Shown piece after piece: positions 38,144-53,301 of a stretch of DNA of 64,000 nucleotides. Location of the stretch: contig OX597819.1 of the NCBI GenBank assembly GCA_951406725.2, positions 97,464,001 through 97,528,000 of the forward strand, written 5' to 3'. Source of the stretch: Octopus vulgaris. Lineage: Eukaryota. A program made the translations under genes and the position numbers. How positions within the stretch are numbered: position 1 is the first letter of the stretch; every line of letters begins with the position of its first letter. The notes below the pieces were generated by a model. The model was not told the origin of the DNA, made no database searches, and saw only the letters and a list, made by a program, of their open reading frames with translations.

Positions 38144-41100
38144 ACTCTCCTTTTGTAAATGCTATACAATGCTGGTCAAGGACATAACATTGTGCCTCAA
38201 TGGGATCCTAAAAGAGGACCTGTGATTGTTTAGACACCACTTGAATTACACAGAATGGCCGAATGGTTAAGAAGTTTGCTTTGAAACTACAAGGTACCAG
38301 GGTCCAACTCCACATACATGAGCAATTGTCTCCTTCTATAACTTTGACTTCCCCATCCCTTGTGAGGGAAACTCAATAGACAGAAACAGTACAGAAGTCT
38401 TTCAGATAGATTGTAACTGTACGCGTTTGTCACACACTGTATGTCACATTGATTCTGCCTGAGAAGCACATTAAGGATATGCATATCTGTGGAATACTCA
38501 GCCACTTATATGTTAATTCAAAGAGTGGATAATCTAGTTGATCAAGTAACTGAACACTCATTGCTAAAGCTGTGAGGGAACAAACCATCCATCCATTCAC
38601 ATATTTATACTAGTCTCCATCTACTAAATTCTATCCACAAGGCATTGGAGGTTTAGTGCTGCAAAGTAGGATTGAACCCAAAGCTATGTTGTTGTAATAC
38701 AAACTTCTTAACCACATAACTATGCTACTTATTACACAACGGTACCTTGCACCCCAAACTGTCATCTACTATAATTTAAATTCAGTCATTAGTTAAACAG
38801 ATACAGCCATTATTAAACCTTGAGAAATTTCTGCGAAATATTTTAAATCTTTAATAAATGCCAAAATGAATTTCTGTGTGTCAGTGTGTCACACTGACTC
38901 CCTCTCTCACTATTCAATGACACTTCCACCCCTCTTGCTGGGGTGAGAGTAATAGTAGGTATAGAGATGGTGATGGCAGTAGCAGACTGACAGTTGAGAT
39001 GGTAATAATAGGAGCTGTATAGTATGATAGAGGTGGAGCGACACTGATGATGGTGGTGGTGGTAGCTGAGGCGGTCAAGCACGACGGTGATAGTAAGGAA
39101 TGTGAAAGACAGTGGTGGTAGAGGGGAAGGCAGCGAAGTCAAAGGTGTTGATGGTAGTGGCGTCAAAAGTCTGAATGGTGTGTGTATGGCAGTTGTGGTG
39201 GTGATGGTAAGGGTACTGGTGAGGGTGATGGTTGAAAACAATCAACAGAAAGAGAGAGAGAAAGAAAGAGGTTAGACAGAAAAAAAAATTGTACTGACCC
39301 CTGAATGGAAAGACAAAAAATGTTGCTCATCATGAAGCTTTGCACTAAGTTCCAAGTCGACATAACATATCATTGTTTTGATGAAAATTGTTCATTGCTT
39401 GAAAAATATTGGTCAAGTTTAGTAAAATTGAATATGCACTCAATGCATGAAATGTCATTATTGGGCTCAAGGCCCAATGAAGAGCCCTCAACAGGAGCTA
39501 GCTTGAAATTACTTTACCTTAACTAAAAAGGCAGTGAAAATATTATGCAGTTTCTCCGTGTAGCTAGTTTCAACCATGCTATTATACAAAGACAGCAACA
39601 GTTGACATTATCCCAGAATTTACATATTCTCCTCATATATTTTGATTGTTTAATTAAAACTGACTGATGGATGATGAACTATACAGTTTCTGAGCTGTCA
39701 TAGCTTAAATATACACCATGGTGACTGTCTTTCAAATAGACAGACCTGACAGGTGTTGTGTAAGTAGGGTAGGTTTGGTTGGCATTTATAATATAGATAT
39801 GAATTAATGTTAACATATATGTATGTGTAGAGAGCAATAATACTTGGTAGTATATCTGGTGATGGATGTGGAACACAAAGTCATGGGTGGTAAGACATAT
39901 TGATGTCTAAATAAGCCATTCACAATATGAAACCAAATTAATGTCCTGTTTGTAAATGTGTAACAACATTTATAGCAATACTAAAACATCAATGGTATTG
40001 AAGTTCACAAGCTATTAACACTGCTTTGGTGAGCTGACAGAATCATTAGCACACAGGGAAAAATGCTTAGCAGCATTTTGTCCATCTTTATGTTCTGAGT
40101 TCGACTTTACCTTTCATTCTTTCAGGGACGATAAAATAAGTACTAGTTGAGCACTGGGGTTAATCTGATCAATATACCCCTCCCTGAAATTGCTGATCTT
40201 GTGCCAAAATTTGAAACTTTTATTATTATGATTCTGATTAATATTGCTGTTGTTATTGTTTTGGAGGTTTGGCAGAACCACTACATCATCAAGCAAAGTA
40301 CTTTGAGATATTTATTCTATGTCTTTAGAAAAGGCAGCAAAGTGGACAAAATGCTTAACAGTGTTTCATCTGTTTTTATGTTCTAAGCTCAAATTCTGCT
40401 GAATTCGACTTTGCTTTTCATCCTTTTAGTGTTGATAAAAAATTTTAAAAAAAAACAAAAAAAAAACTGTTGAGTACTGGGGTTGATGTAATCAATTGCC
40501 CAACCCCTAAAATTTGCTAGCATTGAGATATAAGAAAGGATTATTGTTGTTATTGTTACAGAAGACGGTAGGAAATGGCTGACTGCTGTACAATTCTGTT
40601 GTGACCCTTATGTTTTCAGTCCAAATCATTAAAATAAGAAAATCAATAATACCATACTGCAAAGCTGTTCCAATGGCTCTATAGCAGTGTCAAGAGTTAC
40701 ATGTGGATGAATGGGAAGGACTCTAACAGGTTCCCCCATCAACAGAAGGGTTAAACAAGGCTATGTGCCTGTCCCTGACTTCTTCAGCTGTGTCATCAAT
40801 TATCTGATGACCAAGATCTGTAAGCAAGTCTCCAGATGATTCAGCAATTTGATCTACCAGCCTAGGTATGCATTGACCAGATATTGAGAGGAATTAGCAA
40901 AACTTGGCTTTCAGGTGAGTTGACCAAAGACCAAACTGATGCATGTTTTTGATAGCCCAGACCCTCCTCATCTCTAGAGTTCATCATTCACTCATCTCTT
41001 TTACTGGATGTTTCCTGTCAAACCAATCCATCAAAGCATGTTAATGGGGCCTTCCCTTACCAACCCAACAAATTATGGTGTACCCTAGTGATCAGTCATG

Positions 41101-41599
41101 TATTCCACACTCTTTCTTGTATACATTAGTAACCTACTTGCTGTTATGCATATGCTTGAGGTAGCACTGCAGGATTGAAATTTAACAGATGTTATGAAAT
41201 TTGGTGTCAGTAACAGTGAAAATAGTACATTTGCATTTTCAACAATAAAAATGTCAGCACAGCAGTTTTTAATAAGCTCTGTGCACTCTTTGGATCCATC
41301 AATAATCTGAACTGTGTAGGGATTGCAGGGACGACTGATACGAGAGAGAGGCCTCTATTTTGAATGCACATTTCCCCAGAACACTTTACTATCTAGGTTG
41401 GATGTTATGCATTGCTCAAATTTAAGTATTGCCTATTTAGTCACTTGCTTGACTGCCTTTTTGTATGATTCTCTGTTTTGTGTCATGTGTTTACATTCAG
41501 TACCTTGCCATCCTTTTCTGCAGTCTCCCAAATCACACTTTTATGGTTTCTAAGATGTATTTACTTGGTACTGGTGCTTTGCATGTAACTCAGATTCAA

Positions 41600-42400
41600 T
41601 TAAGAATGTATTGAATGATAAATAGTAATATCATTGGAATCAGAAAATTCAAGACAGTTTGGGTGTTGTAACTCAATACAAGAGTTCCAGCTCACTTTGT
41701 TCTCATCAAAGTGAGCAGTTTGGTAGTGATGGCAGGTCTTCTTTCTGGCCATAAGAGACAAATCGGTAATGATCATAGCATGATCAAAGTCACCTGACAG
41801 TTCCACAGTAGTGATGCTGATACCAGTTTCAGAAGTAGTGGTAAATAGCAGATCCAAAGTGTTGTTACCTGTTGTGGGAGAGGTAACTACTTGGTATCAG
41901 TCTGAATCCAGCACTAAATCAAAGAAATCATTTGTATTTTACAGCTAGTGACAGGTTTCCCAATCAATTATCTGGGTAACTGAAATCACTAATAATGAAA
42001 ATATAGGTGGCTATTTTCCTAGATACAGCTCTGAGAATGTTAAAAAGCTGTGCTGACAGTAGTTCGGGGAGTGGTGAAGAATACCAAATTGTGCTTGTAT
42101 GAATGCTGTAGAAAAATACCTTTTGCTGTAACTGGTTCAAATCATCACAAGAAATAGCTGAAAAGTTTGAGTGAAGCTAGACCATCACCTCCTCCCTACC
42201 AAATTATTAAAGAAGCATTTATGAAACAAGTTATGGCCAGTTGCAGAGTAAAAGATTTGCCCATGCTTCCATAAGTAATGAAATCAGGCTTAATACTTTT
42301 ACCATAAGAGTCAAAAGGGTGGACTTTGCTGCATAAACTGCAGGTATTTAAAAACAGTAATTTGTACTTGGATTTAAGCTTATGATTCATAGGGGATGGT
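41600..42400 (-). pseudogene. Degraded APE endonuclease region of a CR1-like LINE
   Basis: Minus strand reads PTTGNNTLDLLFTT..SGDFDHAMI, like the PT..LDL.F..SDH motif of non-LTR endonucleases; many stops nearby. Confidence 0.55.
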
Positions 42401-45242
42401 ATAGAGTTTTTGTTTAGTTTACCAGGGCTTTTGCATTGCTATCCACTGTTGGCCAGCTCGCATCTCTTTTTCACATGTCACCTGATTTGGCTAGTTTTCA
42501 GATTTGTACATCACCACATAAGCTGAAACATGTAGCACTGAGTCAAGATTCAAAGAGGCTACAATATGTAGCTTCAGGTATATACTGGGTGACAAATCAG
42601 AACAAGTTTAATACACAATTCAGTTTTCATGCCTAACTTTATCCCTGGCTAATCATATGTGAGTGCCTTGGTAGAACTCAAAAAGGTCAATCTAACAGGT
42701 TTAGATTTGGATCCAGCTCAATCAAAATGAAAAACATTTTTTTTAGAAGAACACAGATGAAGTTGGATGAGATGTTGGCATGTGCCCATAGGTCAATCAT
42801 TTCTTGGACACATAAATAGCCATTACATTATGCTTGGCAGATGCATGGTTTTCTCAATATGCCTGAATGAGGCTATAACTGCAGGCAGGTATGTAAACGA
42901 GGCATTCCAATGTAATCCCTAATTATGCAATTCTTTCTGGATTTTGCTCTAATATATGTGTTAGTTTGATATTCAAGTCAGAGAATGATCAGTTGTTGAA
43001 TTTCCTCAACTCTGTGGATGACCAGTTTTTGCTAAATGGTAGTGGTGGAGAAAGACACACTGCATGAAGCAATTTGGTAGTTGGATCATTTCCTAGAGCA
43101 CAACCTAACATTCATTACTAGCCACCACACTCACATAGTACTCTTTCATAGATGACATCCACCACTCTTTCTCACTTCTGTTCCTCCTCCTTCTCTTGTC
43201 ATATCTTTCAGTTAATTTGCACACCAATAATATATATGTAGCTGTTTCTCATTGATCATCCCACCACCCCATCTGTCACTATCTCCCATCAAAATCTCTC
43301 TTCTATCACTTTATTGTTCCGGTTCTTTATAAATCATCTCAGTCACATCTTGAACAAATGGAGAAAACAGGCAAATGAGGACTCTTTAGCTTTGCAAAAG
43401 AGACAACAACTTCTCTTAGCATTGGTGTCACAATAAAATGCAACAAGCAATTAATGACTCCGCTGAGTCATTAGTGTCAGGGAGCATTCAGCTGTAGAAA
43501 CCAGACCAAAAATGGAATGTAGAAGGAAGATAAGTCCCTATGATGATGAATAGAAGCAATCCTCAGGAATTTACTTCCAGCCATGTTTTTCTTTCATATG
43601 TCAACCTACAAAAGATTCACTTCTAATAATAGATTGCTGTCAGTAGAGAGCAGAGCTGGTCGATAGATTTATCTTGCAGTATTTAGCCAAATTTCTTTTA
43701 GAATTCCATCTCAAATCTTTGATTTCAGCTGTGGTTGATAAAACAAACATCTATCAAGTACTGCAATCAACTTACAATTCATATTCTGCTTGTAATCTAC
43801 AATTTCAAGAAATCAATATTCAACCATAGAAGTATTTCATACTTTGGAAGTTACAGGCTGACACTTTTTATAGAATGCATATCATATGACTCGTGTGATT
43901 TTATATAATTCTCCTGTTAGTAATTAACAATAGAAGACAATTATAGAATATCCAGTATTACATTATTTGCACAACTAGAGAAAGAACATTTAGAAAAAGT
44001 GGCAAAATGTAATAATTTGCCAATAAAAGTGGACATTGAAATACTGCTGCTGTATTAATTAACAACAAAGATAGAAGAAAAAAAAAGGCACCATAGTTTA
44101 TTGTTAGTACATTAGTTTGATCATACAAAGAAGTAAACTTTTTTTTATCTGTTAGATCTGTATCATCATCATCATCATCATTTTAATGTCTACTTTTCCA
44201 TGCCTGCATAAGTCAGACAGAGTATATTAAGGTATATTTTCTGTGACCTGATACCCTTCTTTCACTATCCTCACCTGTTTCCAAGATCATATTTCCCCAT
44301 AGACAGACATGATTTCACAGAATACTGGAAATGAATGACACTTGCTTGTATGACAATGACACACATTTACACCAATCATACAATACCAAGACAAAGAGAC
44401 ACAAACATGTGTTGTCATCATTTAATGTTTATTTTCCATGCTGGCATGGGTTAGACAGGTTGACAGGAGTTGGTTGGCCAAGCAGAAGATTGAAGCAGGC
44501 TTCACTGTCTGTTTTGACAAGGTGTTTATGGCTGGATGCCCTTCCTAACACCAACCACCTCACAGAGTGGACTGAGTGCTTTTTATGTGTATTTATGTAT
44601 GTATGTATGTGTGTGTACATACACACACATACATATATATATGATAAGCTTCTTTCTGTTTTCATCTACTAAATCTACAGACAAGGCTCTGGCTGACATG
44701 GAGTTATATTAGAAGACATTTGCTCATGGTACCATGCAGTAGGACGGGTCCCAAAACTATGTGAGTGGAAAGTAAGCTTCTTAACCACACAGCCATGCCT
44801 GTGCCAATTGGTTGTTGTAATTATATTATGATAATGAATTGCAAATATTCTACAAATCAGAATCTTATTAAGACAGCATGACATCTAAATAATCCCTTAG
44901 ATTACATTGATTGGTAGAGACCAACTGATCTCTGCATCCAGCCTCACAAGACTCAGGAATACTAAAGAAGATAATTTAATATCAAGGTTTTTCATAATAG
45001 TATCACAAATCCCTACCAGATAAATAACTCAACACTGAACATGACCATTTACAGAAGCAAAAACAAATTTTTGCAATGGAATAACATAGCTGAATAATTT
45101 CCTACATATACATGCATATACTGGGTTCTTTTAATGTGGCAATGACGTGGATACTTTTATGTGACACTAGCACATATATATATATATATATATAGGTCTG
45201 TTGATGCAAACAGGAAAAATAGAACTCAAAGTATGAGTATAC

Positions 45243-45638
45243 TCTTTACTCTTTTACTTGTTCCAGTCATTTGACTGTGGCCATGCTGGAGCACCGCCTT
45301 TAATCGAGCAACTTGACCCCAGAACTTATTCTTTTGTAAGCCCAGTACTTATTCTATTGGTCGCTTTTGCCAAACCGCTAAGTAACGGGGACATAAACAC
45401 ACCAGCATCGGTTGTCAAGTAATGCTAGGGGGACACACACAAACACACACACGTATATACATATATACGACGGGCTTCTTTCAGTTTCCGCCTACCAAAT
45501 CCACTCACAAGGCTTTGGTTGGCCCGAGGCTATGGTAGAAGACACTTGCCCAAGGTGCCACGCAGTGACGCAGTGGGACTGAACCCGGAACCATGTGGTT
45601 GGTAAACAAGCTACTTACCACACAGCCACTCCTGCGCC
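45243..45638 (-). mobile_element. SINE family 2, full length
   Basis: Reverse complement of the 34227/35022 head and tail. Confidence 0.85.
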
Positions 45639-46639
45639 TATGTATATGTATATTTTTATTAATATTTAGCACCTCAAGTTCCAAGTGTTTCTTGCCTTGG
45701 CACTTATCAAACAACACATGAAACTCTTGGACCTTGAATCATTTTGTTACTTCTGCTAAATATTAATGTGGCTTCCCTTAACTTACAACCATCCACACTT
45801 ATGACCACAAAAAAATAAAATAAAAAATCAATTTTTGGACATTGGGGAGCTGTGCATATGATAGCTATGGTAGCATCTGGCAGTGCAAGCCTCTCTTAGA
45901 CCCAGGCATCCACTGTCTCTCACTCAGATGTTTTCAAGCATAAGTTGCATGAATGAAAATAGTGTTGAACTAGAAAAGCACTCGGAGAGTCACAGCAGTC
46001 ATAAGATGTAGCTAAGGGGAAAATAAAGTGGTAAGAAATGATATTAAGAATGCAGGATGTGTGACAAAAGGAAGTGGTTCCAAAGAGAGGGGGTCACTGG
46101 TAGTACAAAAAGGGGATAAAATACGTTAAGTTTTGCTCTCATATAATTCTAGCAGCTGAATAAACAATGCCATAGAAGGTCAGAATAGCAATGGAGGAAT
46201 GGATGTTAGGAAGATGAGTTATAGGGGAAAGCTTGACAAGGACAGTGGGCGTAGGAGCATAATACACTTTTATGACTTCCATTTTTTGACCATGATGTAC
46301 AAGATGCTTCTCAAGACCAAGCATCTTGGTCCACTGTTATCTCCTCTGCGAGGCTCAATATCCTGAGATCAGTCTTCACTACTTCATCTCGCATCTTCCC
46401 AGGTATTCCTCTTTAACCCTTTGGTGTTTAAGCCAGCTATATCCAGCCCAAATATCCTACATGTTTTACATTCAAACTGGCCATATCTAGTCCCTCACAC
46501 CTAACCTACATTGACATTCTAAGAAAAAATTATCACACCATTGAAACTTCATAGCTGTAAGATAATGTATGATTAATTGAAAATAATTTGAGTGAAAAAA
46601 GTATTACATTTAACAGATTAATCTGAACACAAGTTTCAC

Positions 46640-48600
46640 CCTGATTTAATGATCAGTATTTCTTTATGCAGCTGTCCTCATCCATACAATCTACAGTCCA
46701 TATCACCATACTGGCACAGTTTTTGCACATATCTGATGCCTATTAAGTCTAATTTTTTTCTCAACACACTTTCACCTTGTCATACATGTACACTGACATT
46801 GCATATCCATCAGGGAATGGTAGCACCATTTGTTCTTAGTTTTCACATCCTCTACATTTATAGTCCACATTTCACAACCATGTAGCATTACTGTTCATAC
46901 ACAAATGTCATACATTTTTCATTGAGAGAGAGAAGCCTTTTGCAACCAACAGAGTGCTCTCTGAACTTTTACCAGTCAGCTCTTTTTCTAGTAGCTACAC
47001 CTTCAGAACATCCTCCTCTTCTCTACCACTTATGTTCCTTGGCTTGCACTGGGTATACTATAAGGAATTTCTGCCTACATCTATTTTACATATCAAATAA
47101 GGCCATTTACATGAAGTGATTTAGTGTTATGTCTGTTTTCCTTCTTACTAGAACTTTGAGTTATGCTAAGTTAACTTCAAGGCCTTTTGACTCCATTTTG
47201 CCTCCACACATTGAATTTTTTTCTAACTGTATTATAGAATCAGCTTAGAACAAGGTCAACAGCATAGAGGAATTCCCGAGGGTAATTGGTCATGAACTCT
47301 TTTGTAATGGCCTGGAGGACAATGATGAATAGGAAGGAAGGCGGTGAGCTGGCAGAAACGTTTGCATGCCAGGCGAAATGCTTTGTGTTATTTCGTCCGC
47401 TGCTGCATTCTGAGTTCAAATTCCACCGAGGTCGACTTTGCCTTTCATCCTTTAGGGGTCGATAAATTAAGTACCAGTTACGCACTGGGGTTGATGTAAT
47501 CGACTTAATCTGTTTGTCCCCTCTATGTTCAGTCCCTTGTGAGCAATAAAAAAAAAAAGATGAATAGGAAGGGACTGAGAACCAAACCCTAGTGAACTTG
47601 TATCAACACACTAAATTCACTGCAAACTCTCACTTTACTGACAGCACTCCTGTACATGGCTAGAACAACTCTCACCAGTCCTTTAGCTGCCCCTAGCTTT
47701 TGCAGTAACCACCAGATCTGGGATCCAGGGACCCTGTTAAAGTCTATACACCAGGTCAATGAATGCTGAGCATGACAATTTACTTTTGGCTTACTACCTC
47801 TCCTGCAATTGTCTTACTAGAAAGAGAGCCTCAGATGTACTTCTCCCTGGCACAAAACCAAACTATATCTTATCTAGGTTAATGTTGCCTAATTAGTTGA
47901 GCTGTAACAGTTTCTATAACTTTCAGACCCAGACTACAGATCTGATATGTCTGTTAATTACTTCTCTCTAAGGGATCTTCTTTAGCCTTGTAATAGGTTA
48001 CTACAATGCGGCTATACCAACTGATGGGTATAGTACCTTCTTGTACAACCTAATTAAGTATACTGGTGACTAGGCTGTCCCACTCTACCAAATATTTTAA
48101 GGGTCTCAGTAGTAATTCCTGATAGACCAGGAGCTTTCCCTGTTTTCATATCCTTAATTACTCTGCTTATAATACCACTGTTAACTAAAATAACAGGTCT
48201 CTCAGCTGTGTTCACATCAGGAAGACTCTCTTTTTCCCAAGCATCCTCCACATTCAGTAGGATTTCATTGTAACAAATCTATGCTTCTTTCTTTCCAAAA
48301 TTACCAACACCTGATTATCTCTGATACACCACATGCTGTATAACATTGACAAACCAGTTACTTTCTGCTTCTCCTCTTGCTACATAAACCTGTCACCTAT
48401 CTTCTCTTTTAGGTACAGGATATAATTCTCTGCTGACCCCATTATTCCAATTCTCAAGTCAGTCTCCTAGCTTTTATGACTTTGTCTAATCTGTTTCACC
48501 AATCATGTCATTCTCTGCTTGGATGGAACTTCACATCAGCTACAGATAATTGGTCTGTAACTCTCAGTAAGTTGTCCTGTAGGAACTTTTAGCTATCCTC
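46640..48600 (-). pseudogene. Old RTE-type reverse transcriptase relic, interrupted by a SINE
   Basis: VIKDMKTGKAPGLSGITTETLK (RT N-terminal GKAxGxxGI motif) and QAITKEFMTNYPREFLYAVDLVL (LYADDL motif). Confidence 0.7.
47339..47555 (+). mobile_element. SINE family 1 with target-site duplication
   Basis: Family head and core, A-rich tail; gatgaataggaagg occurs on both sides (about 47324 and 47559). Confidence 0.85.
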
Positions 48601-48683
48601 TATGCTGTATGTTCCTATTTCCTTTCCTTTTTGTCAAATGCTTTTCTAAATTTCTATGCACACATCATATGTGTGTGTGTGTG

Positions 48684-48726
<43 letters not shown>

Positions 48727-49918
48727 CACACATACATAAATACATATAAATATTATATGTACACATATACAAATACATATATAAATATGTGCACACAATC
48801 AAGAAAGATAGTGTGAAGAGGAAGGAAACTGTACCCAATACAAAATATTAAGATATATTCACTAGACACTGAAAAACTTCATTATTATTACTCCATGTTG
48901 GCCACCTCTGATCTTCGAAAGATAATAAAAGATAGATCATAAAAGAGAGAGTCGGAATAATATAAAATGACCGTCCCGATATATATATCCAACCCATGCC
49001 GGCCTGGAAAGCGAACGTTAAATGATGATAAACAAAACATTATTTCTTCGAAGCTGAGTATGCAGATCCCTGCTCGAAGAGTTTTCCATTAAGCATCATT
49101 GAAATTCCATACTGCACAACCAATCTCAGTATCTCAGCATTTCATATATATATATACACATTACTTTGAGTGTGCGTGTGTGTATGTGAATGTGTGTGTA
49201 CATGGACATCGCAGAATATGTGATGCAGTGTTTATAGACATCATCAGAATTGCATGTTGCTACGTTTTTATAAATTTACGTCAGACAGGCTCAAAGAAAT
49301 TCAAGTATATTTTGAAGAGCATGAAATATTTTGTAAATTATTGTATTGTTTTATACTAATCAATGTACAAAGGGAGTAAATAATTGTGCGAGTAATATAA
49401 AGATGTGCTTCTCGGGTGTGATTAGGTCAACGAAACAGGTCAGATGATGTAAATGGGTCAATGTAGTGTTAAGTGTAGGCTCTTATGGGTTTACACCGTT
49501 TAAAAATATAGCAACATTGACGGGAATGGAACGAAAACAGAAGGAATTTGACACTCTTCCAAGCTAATATTCCAATTAAACACGTAAACTTGGAGTGAAG
49601 TGGTACTAAAGCGTTGTAATCTTCACCTTTGCAAAGTTAATCAAAGAACAAACAGACCGATGGGAAATAATGTTTGATTATTTAAGAGCGTGTATTGTTT
49701 ATTTTAGCGCCAGTGACAGTAGAGACGAAATATAGCGACCGTTATGAATCTATGGGGACATTAACTTGTCAAATTAACACCATAACAGGCAAGTTGGAGT
49801 TAAACATTAAAAAAATACAATTATAGCTTCCTATTGTAAAAGGATGGAGATTAAATAGAACAAAAGATAGTTTTCTGTTGATGGCGTGCGTGTGATCGAC
49901 TTACAAATATATATTTAC

Positions 49919-50216
49919 CTTGGTTGTCCACGTGGCATTCAAGAAAAGCTTTTCTTGAATCTTCCGCTTTATGCAGCACTTCTCTCCAGACCTGTTCTGT
50001 TGCAGGTCGTTCTGAGTCGCTCTCAGCTCCGCTTGAGTTGCTCGGGTCACTTTTCGGATCTCGCACAAAGTATAGCACGCCAGCTCTCAATCTGAAATCC
50101 TTGGATCTTTTTCTTACACACCGTTTGTCCGAGTCAGATAGTCCTTCAGGATATTGTCCGTGTCTAAGGTAATGACTAACAGCCGATAGATCGACATGCT
50201 TCTTTTTAATCTTCAT
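49919..50216 (-). CDS. ORF-A exon 1: GIN1 (gypsy retrotransposon integrase-like protein 1)-like N-terminus
   Basis: MKIKKKHVDLSAVSHYLRHGQYPEGLSDSDKRCVRKRSKDFRLRAGVLYF..KAFLECHVDNQG, donor G|gtaaat (phase 1). YLxxGxYP..KRxxRxxxxxF..LY is the GIN1/Ginger1 N-terminal signature; it joins exon 2 across a 16.7 kb intron to complete the H2C2 motif. Confidence 0.9.
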
Positions 50217-50410
50217 GTTTTATATAGGAAATTTAGAAATCCTGGGAAAATCTTTCATCGGGAGATTGCTTCCCCGACTACCATGGCCGCCGTCGGTCCT
50301 GAATAGAGTAATGGCCGCGCATAAAAATGTCCCGGATTTATTATTCCGGAAGTGAAAAAAACAATTAAATTTAGTCATGTAATTACGAAACGAATTGTTT
50401 AAAAGGCCAT
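50217..50410 (-). promoter_or_regulatory. CpG-rich promoter/5' leader of the GIN1-like locus
   Basis: Local CpG enrichment against a CpG-poor gene body; ETS consensus CCGGAAGTG at 50346-50354; two ATGGCCGC YY1-like words. Confidence 0.6.
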
Positions 50411-52950
50411 CCACACTTGATATACTGATTGAACTCTTTATTAATCAATACATGATATAGTTTATATATCTGCGATATAATTAGTTTTACACGATTAGTC
50501 ACTTTATTTACATTTTGCCTTCGTAGATACAAATATTTCACCTGATTAATTTATTTGAACATTTGAGAAAATATTCTATATAATTATTATTTTTACGGTT
50601 ACGAATGCTGTTCATTTGGAAATAATTACAATATATCTGTTAATAACTTCGTTAGCATCTTTAAAATGCTCCCACGCTAGATAATAATAATTTAAATATT
50701 TTTAGTTACACGACAACATATATTTCAGTGCAGATTCAAAACGTTTTTCATTTATTTTATTTTAGAGTAAAGGAGTATTTTCTTTGTTTAATTTCTTATA
50801 AAGTAAACAAAAGTCATTTAGTTTCGCTGGACTCCGTATTTCGTTAAGTAGATCTATGGCAGGTTTTTTTGATAATTCTAAAATGTGTTACTTCTTTTAT
50901 TGTTTTGAAAAATTATTATTTGGAAATTTGTTTTATTTCGAAATATTCTTTTTACCGTGATACAGAAAGAAAATGAAATAAAATATGAGTATTATTTCTA
51001 CAGAATAATGCAGCGGAGACTGTGTGAAGAGGAGGTTCATCTCGTACGATGCTTCAAAATAAAATTCCAACTTCCTGAGAGAAGCAGGCAGCCATTATTA
51101 CTATGGCTTATGTTGATGAAAATATAAAATATATAAACTTTTTAAATCGTAGTGGTGAAATGTTGATAAATAATCCGGGCGGATCTTCTAAACTGAACCG
51201 GTCATCATTTTACGCAGAGAAATATATAACAATATTTATGATGGCAGCCATCATCATTTCGCTTCACATCTTGCTCATCTCTCAATATTTCGTGTCATCC
51301 ACTGCTATGTCAAGATAACACTAAACAGTTATATGTCATACCTCCCCCCACTCATATTATCCACTATTCTAATGTAAATGTTCTGTTATAGACGTAAAGA
51401 AAAAAAAATGAATAATAATAAAATTTAACTGGTTAGCTGCTACACTTAGAAACAGATTGAACGTTGTCTAATTACCTAGATTATATTAAACGATGTATTG
51501 ATTTTCTAAACCGTATAGCTCTAATTTTCCTTTGATATAAACTGAGATTATGTATAACCATTTAGTCTGTTATCGTTATAAACATCGGTGTGGTTTTAAT
51601 TAATATAAAAAATTATTGGATCTCGGTAGCAATTAGGATGATGTAAGATATTCATGTTGAATTAAAGCGATACTTCATTGTAAGGTTAACGTAAAGCTAT
51701 CAACTGGGCAGGATAAAAGAATTCTATGTTCTCTAACATCATCTCGACATTAAAGTGAAACTATAAAGATTCTCTTCATTTCGCGGGAAAAACTAATGAC
51801 GACACCGGGAATACTCCGGACGGCGTTGTCGCCTAACAACACCATGCTCAGTCATGGTTATTTCTAATATATAAAATATATTGTATTTTACATATACTGT
51901 CTATATACGATTCGAACTGCGATGTTCTTTTGACAAAGTGGGTGTGTGCTACGCAGTGTAGTGATAATCACAGACTCGGGAGAATCGACGCTTCGTGCCT
52001 GGAATCGATTAATGTCACCTCATTACGTATGTTTAGTTTTATTGATAGAACTATATTGATTGTACACTATAATATTGTATGCTGTTGTGTTCACTGCAGT
52101 TATGTTGATTATATATTCGGTTTGTTAATCCTGTAATATTTGTTTATTAATTTCAGAAAGGTCATTCAGATAAAGAAAGGTCGAATAATTTTGTAATCTA
52201 TGATCACTAATTCAGAATTGCACAAAAATAATATTTTTTTTTAAAAACTTAATCCTTTAAATTTTAAGGGAGAAGCATAGTAAATTATAGTTTTCTCCTC
52301 GAAGATATTTCCTTTCGATCATAAGTGACAAGAGCACCTCGAGTTAAAACATTCTTCTAAGAATTAGAAAATACTTCAACCCCTATTAGCTACTGACTTT
52401 CTCCAAAGATTAAATAACGCTCGCACTTGGAGTATATAGTACACGTATTTGGAACGGAATTACTGCTACACAAACATAACCTCTACACATCCCAAATAAG
52501 GTTATTTGACTGATTGATAAAACTAACAGACGTCAACCACTAGCTCACAGAGATGCTGTTTCTGCCTCTTCTATACATTATTACAATAGCCTCGTAACTC
52601 GATACATACCCTCACCACTCAGATGTACTCTTCCTGTCTCTCTTTCCGTGTCACCCTTCCAATTCCTCACCGCCATGCATTAAAAACTTCACCCAGTCCT
52701 TTCTTCCCACAACGCCCCACCCCTAAATTTCCCTTATTTTTGCTGTCGACAATACCCTAGTAATGTTTAAAATGAAACATCGACTATACCAATCCCACCC
52801 AATCTTCCACAGTTATGGGCACTGTCCTCTCTTCTTTGACTTGTGTGTGTGTATATATATATATACCGAAGTAAACACATAAATGTGAAACAAGGTGGAC
52901 AAAAGAGTACTCAAATACCAGTGGTAGAGTAATTAAAGTATATATATATA

Positions 52951-53288
52951 GGCGCATGGCTCAGTGGTTAGAGCGTCGAGCTTACGATCGTGAGGTTGTG
53001 AGCTCGAATCCCGGACCGGGCTGCGTGTTGTGTTCTTGAGCAAAACATTTTATTTCACGTTGCTCCAGTTCACTCAGCTGTAGAAATGAGTTGCGACGTC
53101 ACTGGTTCCAAGCTGTATCGACCTTTGTCTTTCCCTTGGATAACACTGGTGGCATGGAGAGGGGAGGCCGGTATGCATGGGCGACTGCTAGTCTTCCATA
53201 AACAACCTTGCCCGGACTTGTGTCTAGGAGGGTAACTTTCTAGGTGCAATCCCATGGTCATTCATGACCGAAGGGGGTCTTTACCCTT
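52951..53288 (+). mobile_element. tRNA-derived SINE family 4, flanked by (TA)n
   Basis: tggctcagtggttaga (A box), gagctcgaatccc (B box), CORE-like ttgagcaa..tcactcagctgtagaaatgag. Confidence 0.8.
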
Positions 53289-53301
53289 TATATATATATA
53301 T

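Noticed and set aside
38843-39275. Thr/Pro/His-rich ORFs
   Set aside because: Low-complexity (GGT/GAT)-type degenerate repeat inside intron 1; exons 1 and 2 already join into a complete H2C2 motif.
50900-52140. CpG-retaining region that might be a divergent promoter or first exon
   Set aside because: No convincing ORF, splice pattern or downstream + strand exons found in the window.
52951-53025. tRNA-like sequence with A and B boxes
   Set aside because: It continues into a SINE body and lacks a clean acceptor stem, so it is a SINE head rather than a tRNA gene.
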